Part shown: positions 1 through 13,970 of the stretch, piece by piece
Layout: each line of letters begins with the position of its first letter
Numbering within the stretch: the first letter of the stretch is position 1
Origin: Felis catus
Lineage: Eukaryota
Assembly (NCBI RefSeq): GCF_018350175.1
Contig: NC_058382.1
Coordinates: 58,902,001 to 58,966,000 of the forward strand
Direction of reading: 5' to 3'
DNA length: 64,000 bases
Program-made: the position numbers and the translations under genes
Notes under the pieces: model-generated
Told to the model about the DNA's origin: nothing
Seen by the model: the letters and a program-made list of their open reading frames with translations, nothing else
Databases searched by the model: none

Positions 1-2818
1 GGTCTGGGCCTACCCCGTATTTGGCTCGCGGTGACACAGACCCGGGACAACATCAGGTCGTGCTCCGGTTCGCAGCGCGAATATTTTACATCACTCTCTT
101 GCTGTTCACACGCTTGGCTCAGGAGCTGAGACTGTGCTCCGAGGACCGTAAAGCAGAGTGTATACAATCGCAAGGAAGATCACATCCGCGACCGTCTTTT
201 CGCTGCCACTCCCAGGCCCTGAGCCCGTGCCCGACAACCTGACCCGAGATCCAGGTGAAACCTGAACGTTGCCGACAACCCTCCCGTCTGCAGAGGGCCA
301 GATGTCTGGCCTCAGGTGTCCCAACATCTGTGTGCCGGGCTGGAGGTCTTGCTCGTCAGTCTCAGGTTTCGTGTCACGGACACAGGAGCTCCGGGGAGGA
401 CACGCCACACCTCACACGTGCTCCGCGAACGGCCGTCCCCGCAGCGGCGCGCCTCCCTGGGTCATCGGACCCCGACGGGAGCAGAGAACACAGCAGGCAG
501 GGGCGAGGCTGGGCGGGTGGGAACTTGTACGCGCTTTCACAACCTCCTGCTCGTCGTCTGGGGACCGTGCACGATTCGGGCAGTAAAGCAACGGTCTCAC
601 ACACGATCGGGGTAAGTAACGTACAGATGTCCAGCGTGGGGAACAGAGTCGACAGCATCGTGTTAACTTCGCAGGTGACCCACGGTGACTGGGCTTCCGT
701 GGTGACCGTTTCCCAGCGTGTGCAAACGTCAAAGCGCTGCGTCGGGCTCCCGCAGCTGATAGGGTGCTGGTCAACGGTACCTTAACACATTTTTACAAAT
801 AAAAGAAATAACAGACGAGCGGGGTCTGTCCACGGCCAGACGCGCAGGCAGCACATACATATGGTTTCAAAATACAGTCGGAGCCGCGGCGAATAAATGG
901 AATTTTGGAATGATTTGCTTTACAGTTCCCTTAAGTAACATTATCTTGTTAAAGACATTAACCTCGGGCCTTTGCTGTTATATATTTGCTTTTATTGTTT
1001 TCATCCTGGGAGCAACCTGTAGGAGAGACACTCGTCAGGGAAAGAGGGGTCAAGGGTCGTGAAAACATTGATTTTCAAGGTGGCTGAATGGCCGTCTGGG
1101 GAACGCTCACCAATTATGGAAAACAGACATCAATTTTCAGAACCTCTTTTACAATCTGAAAAAAAAAATTTTACGAAATCTCAAACATTAATAACTATTT
1201 CATTGTTTGTCTGGCCTGAGGGAGGCTTGAGGAAATGCCTCTCCACTTTTCTTGGGAGAAAAGGCGACAGGCAGGCATTCGGCCCCAGGGGCCGAGGCTG
1301 CCCCCCCACCCCCACCCAACAGCGCGGTCGCATCTGGGGGCTGAGCCGCAGAGCTGCCCACACCCCCCCAGCCCCCCCCCCACCCCGTGCCCTGGGCAAA
1401 GGTGCAGCCCCAGTGCCAAGACTTGCAAAACACATCTCCGGTTCCTTGTGCGGGTTTGTTGGGTGGCCCTCCCGACAGAGCAGGGGTTGGGGTTCCAGCT
1501 GACCCCTGTTCGGAACCACCAGACCCCCGTGTCCTCATCTGTGAGGCGGGGTATTCGGTGAGACCGCCTCGCCTGGCAGATGCCGGATGGCAGGACGAAG
1601 GGGCCGTCCGCCACTGAAGTCATCATCACCTGCGGCCGGCTTGCGGCCGCGCCTCTGTTCTGGGCCCCATCCTTTCCCTTCTCGACCTCGGACCAAACGC
1701 TGGCACAGGGACCATCTGTGAGCACCTGGGGTCCAGGCATCGGGAGATCAGTTCCCTCCCGGCGACACAGCCCTGCAAAGAGCTGAGAGGTGAGAGCCCT
1801 GGGCGGGGTGGGAGGGTGCAAGGCAGAAGTAGAATCGGACCACGAGTCTGTCCCAAATCCCCCAAATCCAGGGTCCCTTCACTGCCCCTCGCTGCCCTCC
1901 ACTCACCTATTCCAGTGAGCTACTGGCTCTTGGAAAACCCCCTCTATCTGGGGCCCAAGTTGTCAGCAAGCCTCCGGGGGTCCCTGGATGAGAAGCCCAG
2001 GGAACCCTCTGGGCTGCCAGGTCGCGGCCAAATGCAGGGGTGTGGGGGGGGGGGAAGGTGCATTCCGTTCAGCGTCCTTTGCCCGCCCTGCCCCCTGTCC
2101 CCACCAGGTCTTTTCCACGCCCCTCCTTGCAATCCCCTCCGAGGCCTTAACACAGGCTTTGTGGCTGCTGACCAACAATCCTTTCCCAGCAGCCACAGAG
2201 CAAACCCTCCCCCTTCCTTATAAAGGCTCGTCTTGGGCAGGACCAGTCCGGAGGACAAAATACGTGGCAAATGAAGTCTAAGGGAAGGGACTTTCTCAAG
2301 AAATCTGTGCAGGATGGAGCTTCCCATCCTGCTTCCCTCCCCGGCCTTCCTTTCCTGCGTCACGGATTCACGGCCCAGCTTCCTAGGTGACTGGAATATT
2401 CCTCCTTGGAACACAGCTGAGGTCTTGGTGGCCAAAAAAACCTCTAAGACACCAGAGCCCTCATTAAAGAACGATTTTCAAAACCTCGTTGACCGTGCTC
2501 AGATACAGAGCAAATGTGTTCAGCTTTTCTGGAAGACGAGCGGGAAGTATGCGCCCGAACTGCAAGTATGAATGAACAGTGACCTGAATCCCCCACTGTT
2601 CGGGACTTACGGACAGGAAGTAATTAAGGACGTGTGCAAAGACATTTAACTCTAGGACGTTCGCCGCGGCCGTGTTTTCTAGATACCCAACACCGAGAGA
2701 CCGAGTGAGGAGGCCGGGCCCCAAGGCGCAGGGAGTTCTGTTGGTGAAACAGAAGTACACCCCCCTCCTGTTACTACAGAAGATTCTTGAAGCTGCGTTC
2801 AGCTTCACCTCCTAGCAT

Positions 2819-3125
2819 ACGTGTGTGAGTGAGTGTGTGGGCACGTGTGGGCGTGTGCACGGGTCTGAGCGAGCGTGTGTGTGGACACGAGGGCGTCTGT
2901 GAGCACGCGTGCGTGTGTGGGTGTGTAAGCACGTGGAGGGGTGGGACTGTGCATGTGTGAGTGCGTGTGCACGAGCGTGGGCGTGTGAGTCTGAGTACAC
3001 ACGAGCGTGCGCGCGGGTAGGTGTGAGCACCGTGAGAGCGTGTGGGTGCACGTGAGCGTGCATACAGGTTTGAGGGCACGCGTGTGAATGTGTGTGTGCA
3101 AGAGTGTGCGCACAGGTGAGCACGC
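2819..3125 (+). repeat. Degenerate (TG/CG)n dinucleotide low-complexity tract
   Basis: About 300 nt of alternating purine-pyrimidine GTGTGT/GCGTGT/GCACG. Confidence 0.9.
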
Positions 3126-4189
3126 AGGCTCGCCAGCGGCTAGCTGCGTCTGAGTCACAGCCCGTCGCTTGCCGCATGTGACTCATCGATTCCCGTCTTG
3201 GTCCGGCGCACGGGGACTGTAATCATGCCCAGAAGCACGTGGTAAAGGACAGAATGAGGTGGCAGGGCTTCCTGTACTGCAAAACATGTTTCTGAGACAC
3301 AGCAAAGGCAGGGGAAGGGCACTGAAACATTCTAAGCAGTTATCTCTGAACGGCGGACGACCCGCAACCTTCTTCGTGCTTCTCTGATTTTCGTGATGAA
3401 AAGTCTTACCCTTCGGTACCAGGAAGAGTAAGCACTCCTATCCGTCTGTGCACCCAAGTCCGTGAGCAGAGTAGGGCAGGTAGCGGTCAGTGTGGGGTGA
3501 GAATGGCGGGTGTGTGTGGCGGGTGAGCCGGGCTGGCCAGCGTGGCTTGTGGATGACATCAGAGTGCAGTCACCAGCCTCCCAGGCCTCACGCTGGTAAT
3601 CGGCAGGGCCAGGGTCAGGCACAGTGGCAAGCCTCCCCCCACTTCCCTAGCCACTAGGCTGCACTACCCGTCAACAGAGCACGGGGCTCCGGGCAGGGCC
3701 TTCGGACTCCAATCCGAGTGTGGGTTGGGTAAATGTCCTGACATCTCTGGGCTTTGGCTTCATCATCTGAAAGATGGGGAGATAGGCAAGCCGCCCACGG
3801 AGGTGACTTGAGGGTTGAACAAGCCAGGAGAGGCAGGAAACAAAGCCAGAAGGCACCCTGCCTTGAAGGAGTGTGGATGCGAGCATCCAAGGCCACAGGC
3901 CATCACGTGATCACCCAAATCCACGTAAACATCAGGCTCATCTGTTTCAGAAAAATTAGCTAGTGCCTGCCCTGTGCCAGGCATCATGCCTGCGTTGGGC
4001 ACACGGATGCGAGTAAGAGAATCAAAGTCCCTGCCTCAGACCTGACGGCGGGGGAAGCTGTGTTTGTAAGCATATATCCAGAAGAAAACTGACGTCAAGA
4101 AATCCCCACCTTTCCAAATGTTCCTAACTGGCGAGTTTGCATAAAGGGCCCACGAGTGTTCACGGGAGTAATCTCTCAACTGGAGGGTT

Positions 4190-4310
4190 GAAGTGTTTTC
4201 AAAATTCCACGTTGATTACATCTGCAAAGACCCTATTTCCAAATACTGTCACATGCACGGGATGAGAACTTCAACACTCATTTTTGGGGGAACACAACTG
4301 ACTCATAACA
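4190..4310 (-). mobile_element. MLT1 (MaLR) LTR fragment
   Basis: TTGATTACATCTGCAAAGACCCTATTTCCAAATA...GTCACAT...TTTTTGGGGGAACACAA is typical of MLT1. Confidence 0.7.
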
Positions 4311-7300
4311 TTTCTTAAATCAGTCGACACACTCAAATCCTTGTCTGAAGGTCCAGTTCTCGGGGGGTCCAAACTAAGACAATGTTCCTCCTTCTTGTGT
4401 TAAAAGCACAAAGCCCTCACCCAACAAGAATCCAGAGGGGAACAATTGGGACATGTGTTGATATGAAAACACACACTCATGCTCTTGGTCCCACGGTCCA
4501 CACAAAGGGCGCCGGGAAAGTTCTGGAAGGGCCATCTCACAGCAAGGTCAGCAGCGAGGTGAAGAGCCCTTCCGTCTACACTCTGGCCAAGCGCCTCGCG
4601 ACCACGCCTGCAACCTCGTGTGTGCGGGGCTCGGAACGTTACTTCAGATACAGAACGTGTCAGGACGCACAGGCTGTGGGCAAATATTTGCAGAGCCCAG
4701 CACGGCGTGCCAAGGCCAACCTGCCACCATGACTCCAGGTGGGAAGCATCGCGAACAAAGCCTTTCAAAGAAGTCACACACACGCCAATCAGGTAAAAAC
4801 AACCACACGAAGATCTTCCTTCACGAGCTCACAGAAGGGCTGTTCACTTCCAAAGCCCTACAGTCAAATCGTTTAGGGGGACCACATCTGGACCGAGGTC
4901 CACCTGCGGGCGTCTTCTCCGAGCAGGCGAGAGCGACCCTCGCACACTTCCAAAGAGCATGTGCCAATGCACGTTTTCGCACCTCCGAGAGCTGGCCTGT
5001 ACGTGGTCACGGTTTTCCGGCCCCGGGGACAGACGGACTTTACTCCACAGAACCGCTGAGAAGAACAGTCCTGAAGTCAACACCACCACCACCAAAGCTG
5101 CAGGCCCACGGCTTCCACGGTTTCTGCACACACAGTACAGCTGTGCCTAGCACGTAACTCCCATGGCTAGCACACAGTCGGTGCTTAATAAATGTTTACT
5201 GAATGTGTTTTCTCACGTTAGTAATTCATATTAATTTATATCAAATACAGAGGTGCCTCTATGATAGTTAATAAATAAACCGATCGATGGATGGATGAAC
5301 TGGCAAATGCTAAGCCTCCCTTCTCAGCCACCGTGCGGTGGGGAAGCGCAAACAGCCCAATGGCGGGGCCACGCGGACAGGAGCCAAGACCGCTCCTGTC
5401 CCACTGAGTCCTGTGGGGACGGTGAGCGGGTCCAGTCGCCGCCTCAAGGAGCACACGCTCTTGGATCTTCTGACCCCTGGCTGAGCCGACCCAACGGACG
5501 CCACGCGGAGCAGAGCCTCCCCCACCAAACGCAGCGCAGATTCCAAATCTACGCAAGATAAACGATCAGTTTCAAGCCACTAGAACTCGGAGCGGTTTGT
5601 CCTGCAGCAGTAAATAACCGGACGAATTGCTGCCACGGCATCTCCAGAGCTCACAGGGACGGCGGCCCACGGCGGTTTGGAGAGTCCAGCCACGGGGGTT
5701 CCTCCAACAGACCGCGGCCTGCGTGGGGGCGCTCCCGGCAGGATGAAACCTACCGAGCTCGCTGTGCAATCCTAGAGGGAAGAGGGAAAGCGGGTGCACA
5801 TCTCACTGTGCGACGTGCACTCCTGTCGTCAGAAAGTGTGTTTTAGCTTGTAAACGCAGAAGATTTTTCTGGAAAGGTGGCAAAAGCAAAAACAGAACAA
5901 AACAAAAACCCAAAACCAACCAAAAAACACGTAACGGTGGTTTCCAGAGGGAGGATTAGAGAGAAGCATAGGGTCTGCAGGGGAAGGGAGGTCACAACCT
6001 TTCATACTCTTTTTGGGGAAAAAAAATCCATTTATCACAGTTTGTTTCCTGTTTACATTATCGGACAGGTGGGAGAAGCTGGGGCCAGAGGTTCGGGCCC
6101 ATGGGTTCTGGTCCTGATGCACTGCTGTGTGACTCACAGAGGTCACTGCGGCTGGCTGAACCTCGGTTTCCCCACGTGTCTGAGAGCATGAAGACGTCAC
6201 CTACTTTACCGGCTGCTTGTGGAGATCGGGTGAGGGGCCAATGACAGCCGCTTCCAGCTTCTGGGGCTCCACTTTGGGCTCTTGCCCCCCCTCCCCGGGA
6301 CACGCAGGGCAGTGCGCTGGCAGGCCAGGGAACCTCAGCACCACGTGTGACACTGGGCAGATGGGAAGGCCACTCTTCGGATGCACGTCTGGACCGGGCT
6401 CTCGGGAAGCAGGCTCGGACGACCCGGCTCCAGCCCAGCTCAGAACTGAATCAGGCAGCGGGACCCAGGGAGGCCGGGAGACCCAGGCCCTCCCACGGGC
6501 AAGGTGTCCAGGGGCAGGGTGGCGTGGTGGTTAGGCACCCTCTGATCCCCACCTGCGTGGCCTCTGTCCCAGCAACCTTCCTTACGGTGTGGTCGTGAGG
6601 TTCGGGAGAACTTTCTCTATGGAAAGTTCTCCTTAAACAGGAGTTATTCCTACCGTCCCAGGTCTCCAGACCCCCTCACGGCCCTCTCCCTTCCCCCAGC
6701 CAGGCCCGAGATGCCAGGACGGTTCGTTCAGTGTGGCCCAGCATGGTGGTGGGCCAAGGCTCCTGGGCTCTCTCACTCTTCCTCTGTGAGCATTTAGGAC
6801 ATGCATCGCATGTGTGATGTGCACCTTGTAGGAGGCTGGGGACACGAGGAGGAAAAATGCAGCCCAGTCCGAGGCCTCGGTGGGTTCACTTCTGTCAGTA
6901 AGGACGCCAGGGCCAGGCCCTGCTGGGGGTGTAAGAACACAGTCGGAGCAGGGTGGAGGAAGTCGGGAGGGCTTCCTGGAGGAAGAGGCATCAGAGCTGA
7001 ATCCCTCAAGGTTCCTGGGAACCAGCCAGGCATGGTGGAGGAATACAGGGCCTCACGATGCCGGGAGAAGGAAGAGTAACCCCAGGCCATTCACTCTGAG
7101 ACATTTTCCCCATCACGCTGAAATACGTCCAGTGTGGACAGGAGAACGTTCCAGCTGGAGGATGTCCCTGCACACCCTGGTGAGTCAAGGTCACCTGGAG
7201 TGGGCAGTGATTCATCACCCTCAGTCCTAGCTCCGGGGCACTCGTGCCAAGGGAGCTGCCCCAAGTGACGGAACGGTAGCACTGTGACACCAGGCTGGCA

Positions 7301-7476
7301 GGTGCAGGAATGGGGCGGGGCTGGGCTGGGGCGGGAGGGGACAGGGCTGCAAAGCATCAGCGACAGCGAGAGCCGCGGTGAGGGCAGGAGATGCGCCTCC
7401 TGGCTGTGCAGCTTCCAACAAGTGGCTTTGTATCTCTGAGCCTTGGATTCCACTTCTGTAAAATGCAGACAAGTTG

Positions 7477-7722
7477 GGGGCGCCCGGGTGGCTCAGTCGG
7501 TTGAGCGTCTGAATTCTGCTCAGGTCATGATCTCACCGTTGGTGGGTCCAAGCCCCGTGTTGGGCTCTGTGCTAACAGCTTGGAGCCTGGAGCCTGCTTT
7601 GGAGTCTGTGTCTCTGCGCCTCCCCTGCTCATGCGCGTACGTGCGCTCTCTCACTCTCTCTCTCTCTCTCTCTCTCTCAAAAATAAAAATTTTAAAAAAT
7701 TTCTTAAATAAACAAGTAAAAT
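7477..7722 (+). mobile_element. Can-SINE (feline SINEC_Fc-like) inserted into a MIR
   Basis: GGGGCGCCCGGGTGGCTCAGTCGGTTGAGCGTC head, (CT)n and A-rich tail. Near-identical target-site duplication TAAAATG(C/A)AGACAAG at 7459-7473 and 7722-7736. Confidence 0.93.
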
Positions 7723-9304
7723 AAAATGAAGACAAGATTAATTACGGGGCGTGGGGGGGTTGCACAAAATCAAATAAGACACTGTGTTACTCGGGAGTAG
7801 AGCATGATGGGAAGACCCCAAAGAACAGTGTAGACGTTTTCCTCTCACATAATGACCTGGAGACAGGTGGCTCTTCCCAGCGGACCGTGGTGCTCCCCGC
7901 GGACTCTGCTCTCCAAGGCGGCGGCATAATCACCAGCCATCAAGTGAGCGTCCAGGAAACACGGGGAAGAGAGAGACCGACTTGGGGGTCCTCGGAGAGC
8001 AGACTCTGAGACGGGAGGTTGGTTGATGACTGCCCATTGGGTCCACCCGTGGGGACGGAGAGGTCGGGCTGGGTGCAGCTGATCCCACTGGGGGGGTCTC
8101 TGGAGCTGGGACAGTCCCTCTGGAGCTTGGGCTGTCCTGAGTTGAGGCCAGGGGACCGGACTCTGTCCCATCGCTGGATCAGTCATTTAATGGGGACCGC
8201 CCACGGAAGAGGCGCGGGCGTCGCCCACAGCAGTGCCCACAGAGGAACTCAGCTGGGAGGCGACGTCCGTCAGCTGCCCCGGCACCAGGGAGGAGCGTCT
8301 CCTGCTGAAGGGAAGCCCCCGCCGGCCCCCGCGGGACACTCTGTTGCAGGGACGCGGCTGCAGAGTCCTGTCTATTCCAGGTGTTCGGGCGGGGGGGGGG
8401 GGGCGGGTTCCCCCAAATGAAAGACGGGAATGTGGGTGCACAGGCTGGCCAGCACCGGCCAGGCTTGTCAGAGCTGAGGCTGAGCCCGGCACTGGTGAGA
8501 GCGACCCAGGGCGACCGGTGGACCAACCCGTATTTGGTGGTCGTGGGGCTGGCTACACAAGTGTGGTGAACACACCGTGCCCGGCACTCACAGGGTGTCA
8601 CGGTCGGTGGAGGAGTGTTCACACCACAAGGTGTCCGGGAGAGGCACGGGCCGGGCCGGAGGGGACGTCAGAGGCGGCACTGATCCGGGCACCCTCGTGG
8701 GGGCTCGAGCCGGGGGTGTTCACCTGACGGCTGCCGCCCTAGACCTTCTCCAGGCCTGAGGCTCTGGGACGGCACCCACTTCGCACACCAGGCGCAGCTC
8801 GCGAGACCAGCCGGCCTGCAAAATGGGCCCGGGTGGACGGGCAGGTGTCCTGGGGTGGAGGCCGCTCGGGGGGGAGGCCTCGGCAGAAGCAAGGCTTTGG
8901 CAGGAGGCCCGAGTGAGGTCTGCGGGGGACCTCCAGGCGTGTGGCCGGATTGTTGAGGAGGAGCGGACGCACGGGGGCAACATCCAGGTGGGGGCCGCAC
9001 GGAGGAGGGCCACGCGCGTCAGCCTGAGCCTGGGAGAGTGGAGCCCGCCGGCCGCTGATCCCGTCGGCGGTTCTGGAGTCCGACACCGCGGGTTAGAGAC
9101 CCAGCTCCTGCGCTTCCTGGCCACACGCTCACAGGCAGGTAGCTTAACCTGCCTGAGTCTCAGCTTCTTCCTCCTCATTCAAAAAGGGGCCGACCACAGT
9201 CCCCGCCCTTTGGGGCGGTAGAGGGGCTTAAATGAGACGGGACATGCCGCGAGCACGCCAAGCCTGCGTCACCCTGACGGGTGCAGCCTCAATGGAAACA
9301 CCTG

Positions 9305-9720
9305 CACTCTGTGTAACAAATCACCCCAAAACTCAGCGGCTTTGAACAGCAAACGTGTATCTTAGCTCACACGTCTGTCGTTGGGGCAAGGCTCTCCAAG
9401 CAGGCTCGTGGTCCCTGCTCCGCGAGGAGGCAGCTGGGGCAGCCAGACCCCACGCTGAAGGGTCCACATCCAAGACGGCGCGACGCAGGGCTGGCTGGCA
9501 ACTGGGAGTTCAGCCCGGCTGGCGGCTGCCAGCCTTGCTGCCTCGCCACGTGGGCCTGTGGGCTTCCCCACATCATGGCGGCCAAGTTCCAAGCACGAAT
9601 GTCCCAACAGGACTGCGCAGAAGCTGTACCTCCCTGTAGGACGTGCTCTGGGAGTCACAGCGCCTTGCTTCTGCGATAGTCACACGCCCACTGAGACTCA
9701 AGTGAAGGCCAACACAGACC
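9305..9720 (-). mobile_element. MLT1-like MaLR LTR
   Basis: Starts TGTAACAAATCACCCCAAAACTCAGCGGCTT; internal CACATCCAAGACGG and TAGTCACA motifs. Confidence 0.6.
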
Positions 9721-11370
9721 CTCCCCTACGAGGTGGGGTGCCTTCGGAAGACCATGTGGGCGGGAGATCTCGTTGCCACCACTTGGGAAAAGACAATCCG
9801 CCGGATGCTTAAAGGAGAATCTGAAAACGAAGACGGTGGTGTTGGACACACCATAAAGCCACCACCCTGCCTTCTCTCCGGCGTGGCTTGGGCTGAGCCG
9901 GGAATCGAAATCACTCTCAGCTTCCAAGTCGGTGCCCGTTGGGAAAACAGTGAGAACAGAAGCACCCCCAAGGGGGGTTCAGCCAGACTTACCCAAACCA
10001 TTAAGAGGGAACTTCCATTAAAAAAATCCCACAGATCGTCCAAAGACTTGGGTGGCTGACCTCGTGTTTCCAGAACGGCTCATCTTATGTAACACGATAT
10101 ACCCAGACCCAAAGATAGAAGACCAGCCTCTGTAGATTAACATTTCCGGGTTGAGTCTCCCGCTCAAAGTCATCAAGGACGGGGTAAAACAGAAACACAA
10201 AAACTAATGAGGGATGAGTTACTCTCGATTTTTTTTTTTTTTTCCTGCACGGACTTCCTGCTCTCCCACTGCCTGTAATCCGAATGTATATGGTCTGTTT
10301 TTAAACAGAGAGGACACCCAGAGTAGTCGTGAAGTAAGAGCTATAGACGCAGGCAGCCGCCTCAGGGTCCAAGGCCGTGTGTGCATCCTGACCTGTGCAG
10401 ATGCGGGGAAGGAGTGCCCGAGGAAGGGCTCTCTGCCCTCCCCAGCAGCCCCCGGGCTCGATGAAGGCCGTGTCACTTCAAACTGGTCATGAGTCAACGG
10501 AGGGCTCCATTTCTCCTGACGTCCCTCCATTTGGCCCCTAGAACAGGTGTTTGCCGAGCTCAAGGTCTCTCTGCTTACATAACCCTTGTTCCATTTGGAA
10601 GGATGAAAAATCTCCCTGGGGTTTATTGTAAACAGGCTTATGTTCACCCAAACACGGAGAGGAAAGGTCATTGGATTATTCATGCGCCTCTCTCTCCCCG
10701 CCTGGAGCTCTCCACCCCCACCAACCGCAGGCACATCTCCCCACCCCAACATCTGGGCAGTGGCCAGGACCTGTGCCCAACCTCTCCACCAGGCCATCCG
10801 GGGCCCGGTGACGCCAATTGGCAGCCCTGACATTTTAATGGGCCCTGCTTTGGTGAGCATCTCAAACGGAGGCCAGGGGGAGTGGGGGAAGGGAGCGGGA
10901 GAAATTTCTTGACAAGCCGCCATGAGTAGAGGCTTGCTCATGGAAAGACAATCTTTTATGATGACAGAAATGAAGCCAGGAACTCCTGGTGAGGGGCCAG
11001 CATGTTTCATGCAGGGGAGGGGGGGACCCATCTGCCAACTGGCCACTATAATGCCAATAACACCCATGCCCTAGCTTGATCGTGCACAGTGTATGTGGGG
11101 TATGTCATACACGTGACCTCATCTGAGGTGGCACTATTAGGCCATTTCACAGAGGAGAAGCTGAGGGTCGGCTCAGCAAGGAAGACTAACTAGTCTTAGC
11201 TCCACATGGCCTCAGCTGGGGCAGCCTGACCCAACTGCAAGACGGCACAGGGCTGGCATGTTGGTGCTGGCTGTCGGCTGGGAGCTCGGCCCGGGTGAAG
11301 TCCGGGAGCCCTAGATGCTTCCTCGGTTGGGGCCTTATGTGACAGCCCCACTCAGAAATCACTTTGTTTT

Positions 11371-11548
11371 GGGGACGCCCGCGTGGCTCGGTCAGTTAAG
11401 CATCCAACTCTTGGTTTCGGCTCAGGTCATGGTCTCACTCACTGTTGTGAGATCGGGTCCTGCATCAAACTCTGTGCTGATAGCACGGGGCCTGCCTGGG
11501 ATTCTCTCTCCCTCTCTCTCTCTCAAATAAATAAACATTTTTAAAAAA
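11371..11548 (+). mobile_element. Can-SINE
   Basis: GGGGACGCCCGCGTGGCTCGGTCAGTTAAGCATCC...GCTCAGGTCATG...(CT)n...AATAAATAAACATT. Confidence 0.9.
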
Positions 11549-13970
11549 TGGTTTTGTTTGCCCAGTGGTTGGGGGCCCAAGTTAGATACGCTAGGCACCT
11601 TACAGGCAGGGCCATCTGGCCCAAAACACCGTTAAGAAAGTCTGGTGGGCCAGTCACTGGGTGGGTGGCTCTCAAGGTCTGGCCCCTAGGCCTACAGCAA
11701 CGGGGTCACTTGGGAACCTCTTGGATAGCCCATTCTTAAATGACCCTCCCCTTGTGAAACTCCAGGGATGGGGGGCAGGCGGGGCGGTGCAGGCCCAGCC
11801 ACGTGTGTCTCAACACCCCTTCTGGTGCTCCTGAGGCCACAGATCAAGTCTGAGAGGCACCGCCTCGGTCCAGGCCTGCCAGCTTCTACCCCACAGACCA
11901 GGCCAACAGCCTGAGGCCCAGGAGGGTTGGCCGGACCCGGGCGCCTCCTCCAACAACCAGAGGGGGCCGACGAGCAAGCCCACCCCCCACCTTGGTCCTG
12001 GGGGTCTCTGGGTTTAGTTCCCATCCTGCCCAGACACGCACAGGGGTCAGGTGATGTTCTGAGGCTCCTCGCGGGCTCTGGCTGCACCAGAGGGACAGCG
12101 CGGTGGGGCTCAGAACCCCACGTGTGCATCCCGAGGGCACCCAGCGGACCCGAGGCTAATGCAGGTGGGAGCCACGGCGGGTGGGAGGGCCCAGACAGCT
12201 TGTGGGTGTGGGCATCCGGATCACGAGGGTGGCTTGGGGGTCATGGGAAAGGGCAGAGGCGGGATCTTGGGAGGGCTGCCCACGCTCTCCCCACCACTGG
12301 CAGCTTGGGGAAAATTAGCAAACGTCCCCCAACCACGGTGTCCCCACTTGTGAAATGGGGGGACCGGCCCTTATCGGGCACATGAAACGATTCATCCAGA
12401 GAGAGGCTTTGCTGAACGCTTCCCTTGCGTATCACTTTCCTTTTTGTTCCTTTGCTTTTTGGAGTGAAGATGCCCTGACCTCCCACTGGCTTCCAAGGAA
12501 AGCACAGAGCAAGGAAGCATGATACACCTGGGGGCACCCACCCCGGTCACCATGGAGATGGGGCCTGGGGGCCCCTGGGGGTGCGGTGCGCAGGGAAGGC
12601 AGGGACAGCCGAGGTAGTTGCTTGATCTACATCATTATCACGCCTACTGTCCCCAGTAGGCAGGCAGGCACCTGGGGCTGCCCATGGACGCCCTGCTCCA
12701 GGCTGGGCCCGGCCAGAGGAGGGGGGCTAGGAGGGGTGCTACCCACAGACTCAGCTGAAGAGGGTGCAGGGAGGTTGCTTGGCTCAATGTTTTGTTTTAC
12801 TTGTTCTCTTGGGGGGAAGAGAGAAGGTGCAAAATCATCCAAGTGGCTGACACGCCCCACCCCTTACCACCTACTCAGGCGAGAGCTGGGCAGTCTGCTC
12901 GCTCTCCCCAGCCTCAGTTTCCCCATCTGTTCGTGCGATTTACGAGCCTTCACCAATGGAGTGAGGCCCGCCTGGGACTTAGCAGCTGAGATATTTACAT
13001 CCAGACAGCCCCTGGTTCCGGCTCAGGCTCCGTCCCTTACCCCGTGGCCGCCACATGACTTGGGGAAAAGTCATTCAGTTCTGCAAGCCTCAGTTTCCCT
13101 GTCACTGCAGTGAGGATGACGATGACCCCTGCCTCAGAGAGAGACGACCAAGTGCTTGGCCACCGAAGTTACTCAAACAGCAGCAGTCGCTTTTGTCTCC
13201 ATGGCTCCAATGATGGGTGATGGGCCTCACCCTAGTAACCGAGTGCCCACCCTGAGGGGTCCCCAGCCAGGCTCAGTCCCATCACAGAGCAGCCTCCTCA
13301 ACTCCTAAAGGATTCGCCTCCATTATGTCAGATGGCCAGTCCCTCCAGGTCCTAGGGCGCCCCCCACACAGCCACGGCCCAGCACCTGCCCCTGTGCCCT
13401 CTGCCTCACCCTGACTTACTTCCTGGGGTGGCTGGTCCCCTTGGAATGTGCCTGAGTAGGGGTGACCTGGGTCTCCACTCATCCTACACAACATCTTTGG
13501 TAAACACAGGAAATGCGGTTTTGTTCCCAGACACGGCTGCACGAGACTGGTTAATGGGGCTTTTTCCAGGAAAAGGCCCTAAATGCAATCTCAGACCTGA
13601 CCCTCCCTGGATTCTAGATGCAAGCAAGGCCAAACCCCAGCTCCTCAGGAGGGAAACTTCCTGGCTTGGGGGATTCTCTAAAAACTTGGGGGGCAAGTGG
13701 TAATTACACAAACAAGGAAGCCATAGCCCACCTCCAGTCTTGCCCATTCAGAACTGCCAGGTCCCTACGGGGGCATGGGGGTGGCAGATAGTCCCAGGCA
13801 CTATCGTGGGCAGGTCAAATCCCAGCACTACCTGTGAGAGCTCTGTGACGTTGGACAAGTTGCTGTGCATCAGTTTCCTCATGTGTCCAAAGGAGATAAT
13901 AACAGTTGTCATGGCATTAAATGAGGGTCATGTGACTAACGATGATACTCTGGGTGAATGCTTTTTGCAG

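Noticed and set aside
7477..7560. tRNA-like A/B-box sequences in SINE heads
   Set aside because: These are tRNA-derived Can-SINE heads, not tRNA genes.
10219..11067. 282-aa ATG-initiated - strand ORF
   Set aside because: No domain similarity that I recognise, it ends across a homopolymer run, and its length is plausible by chance in this composition. PhyloCSF would settle it.
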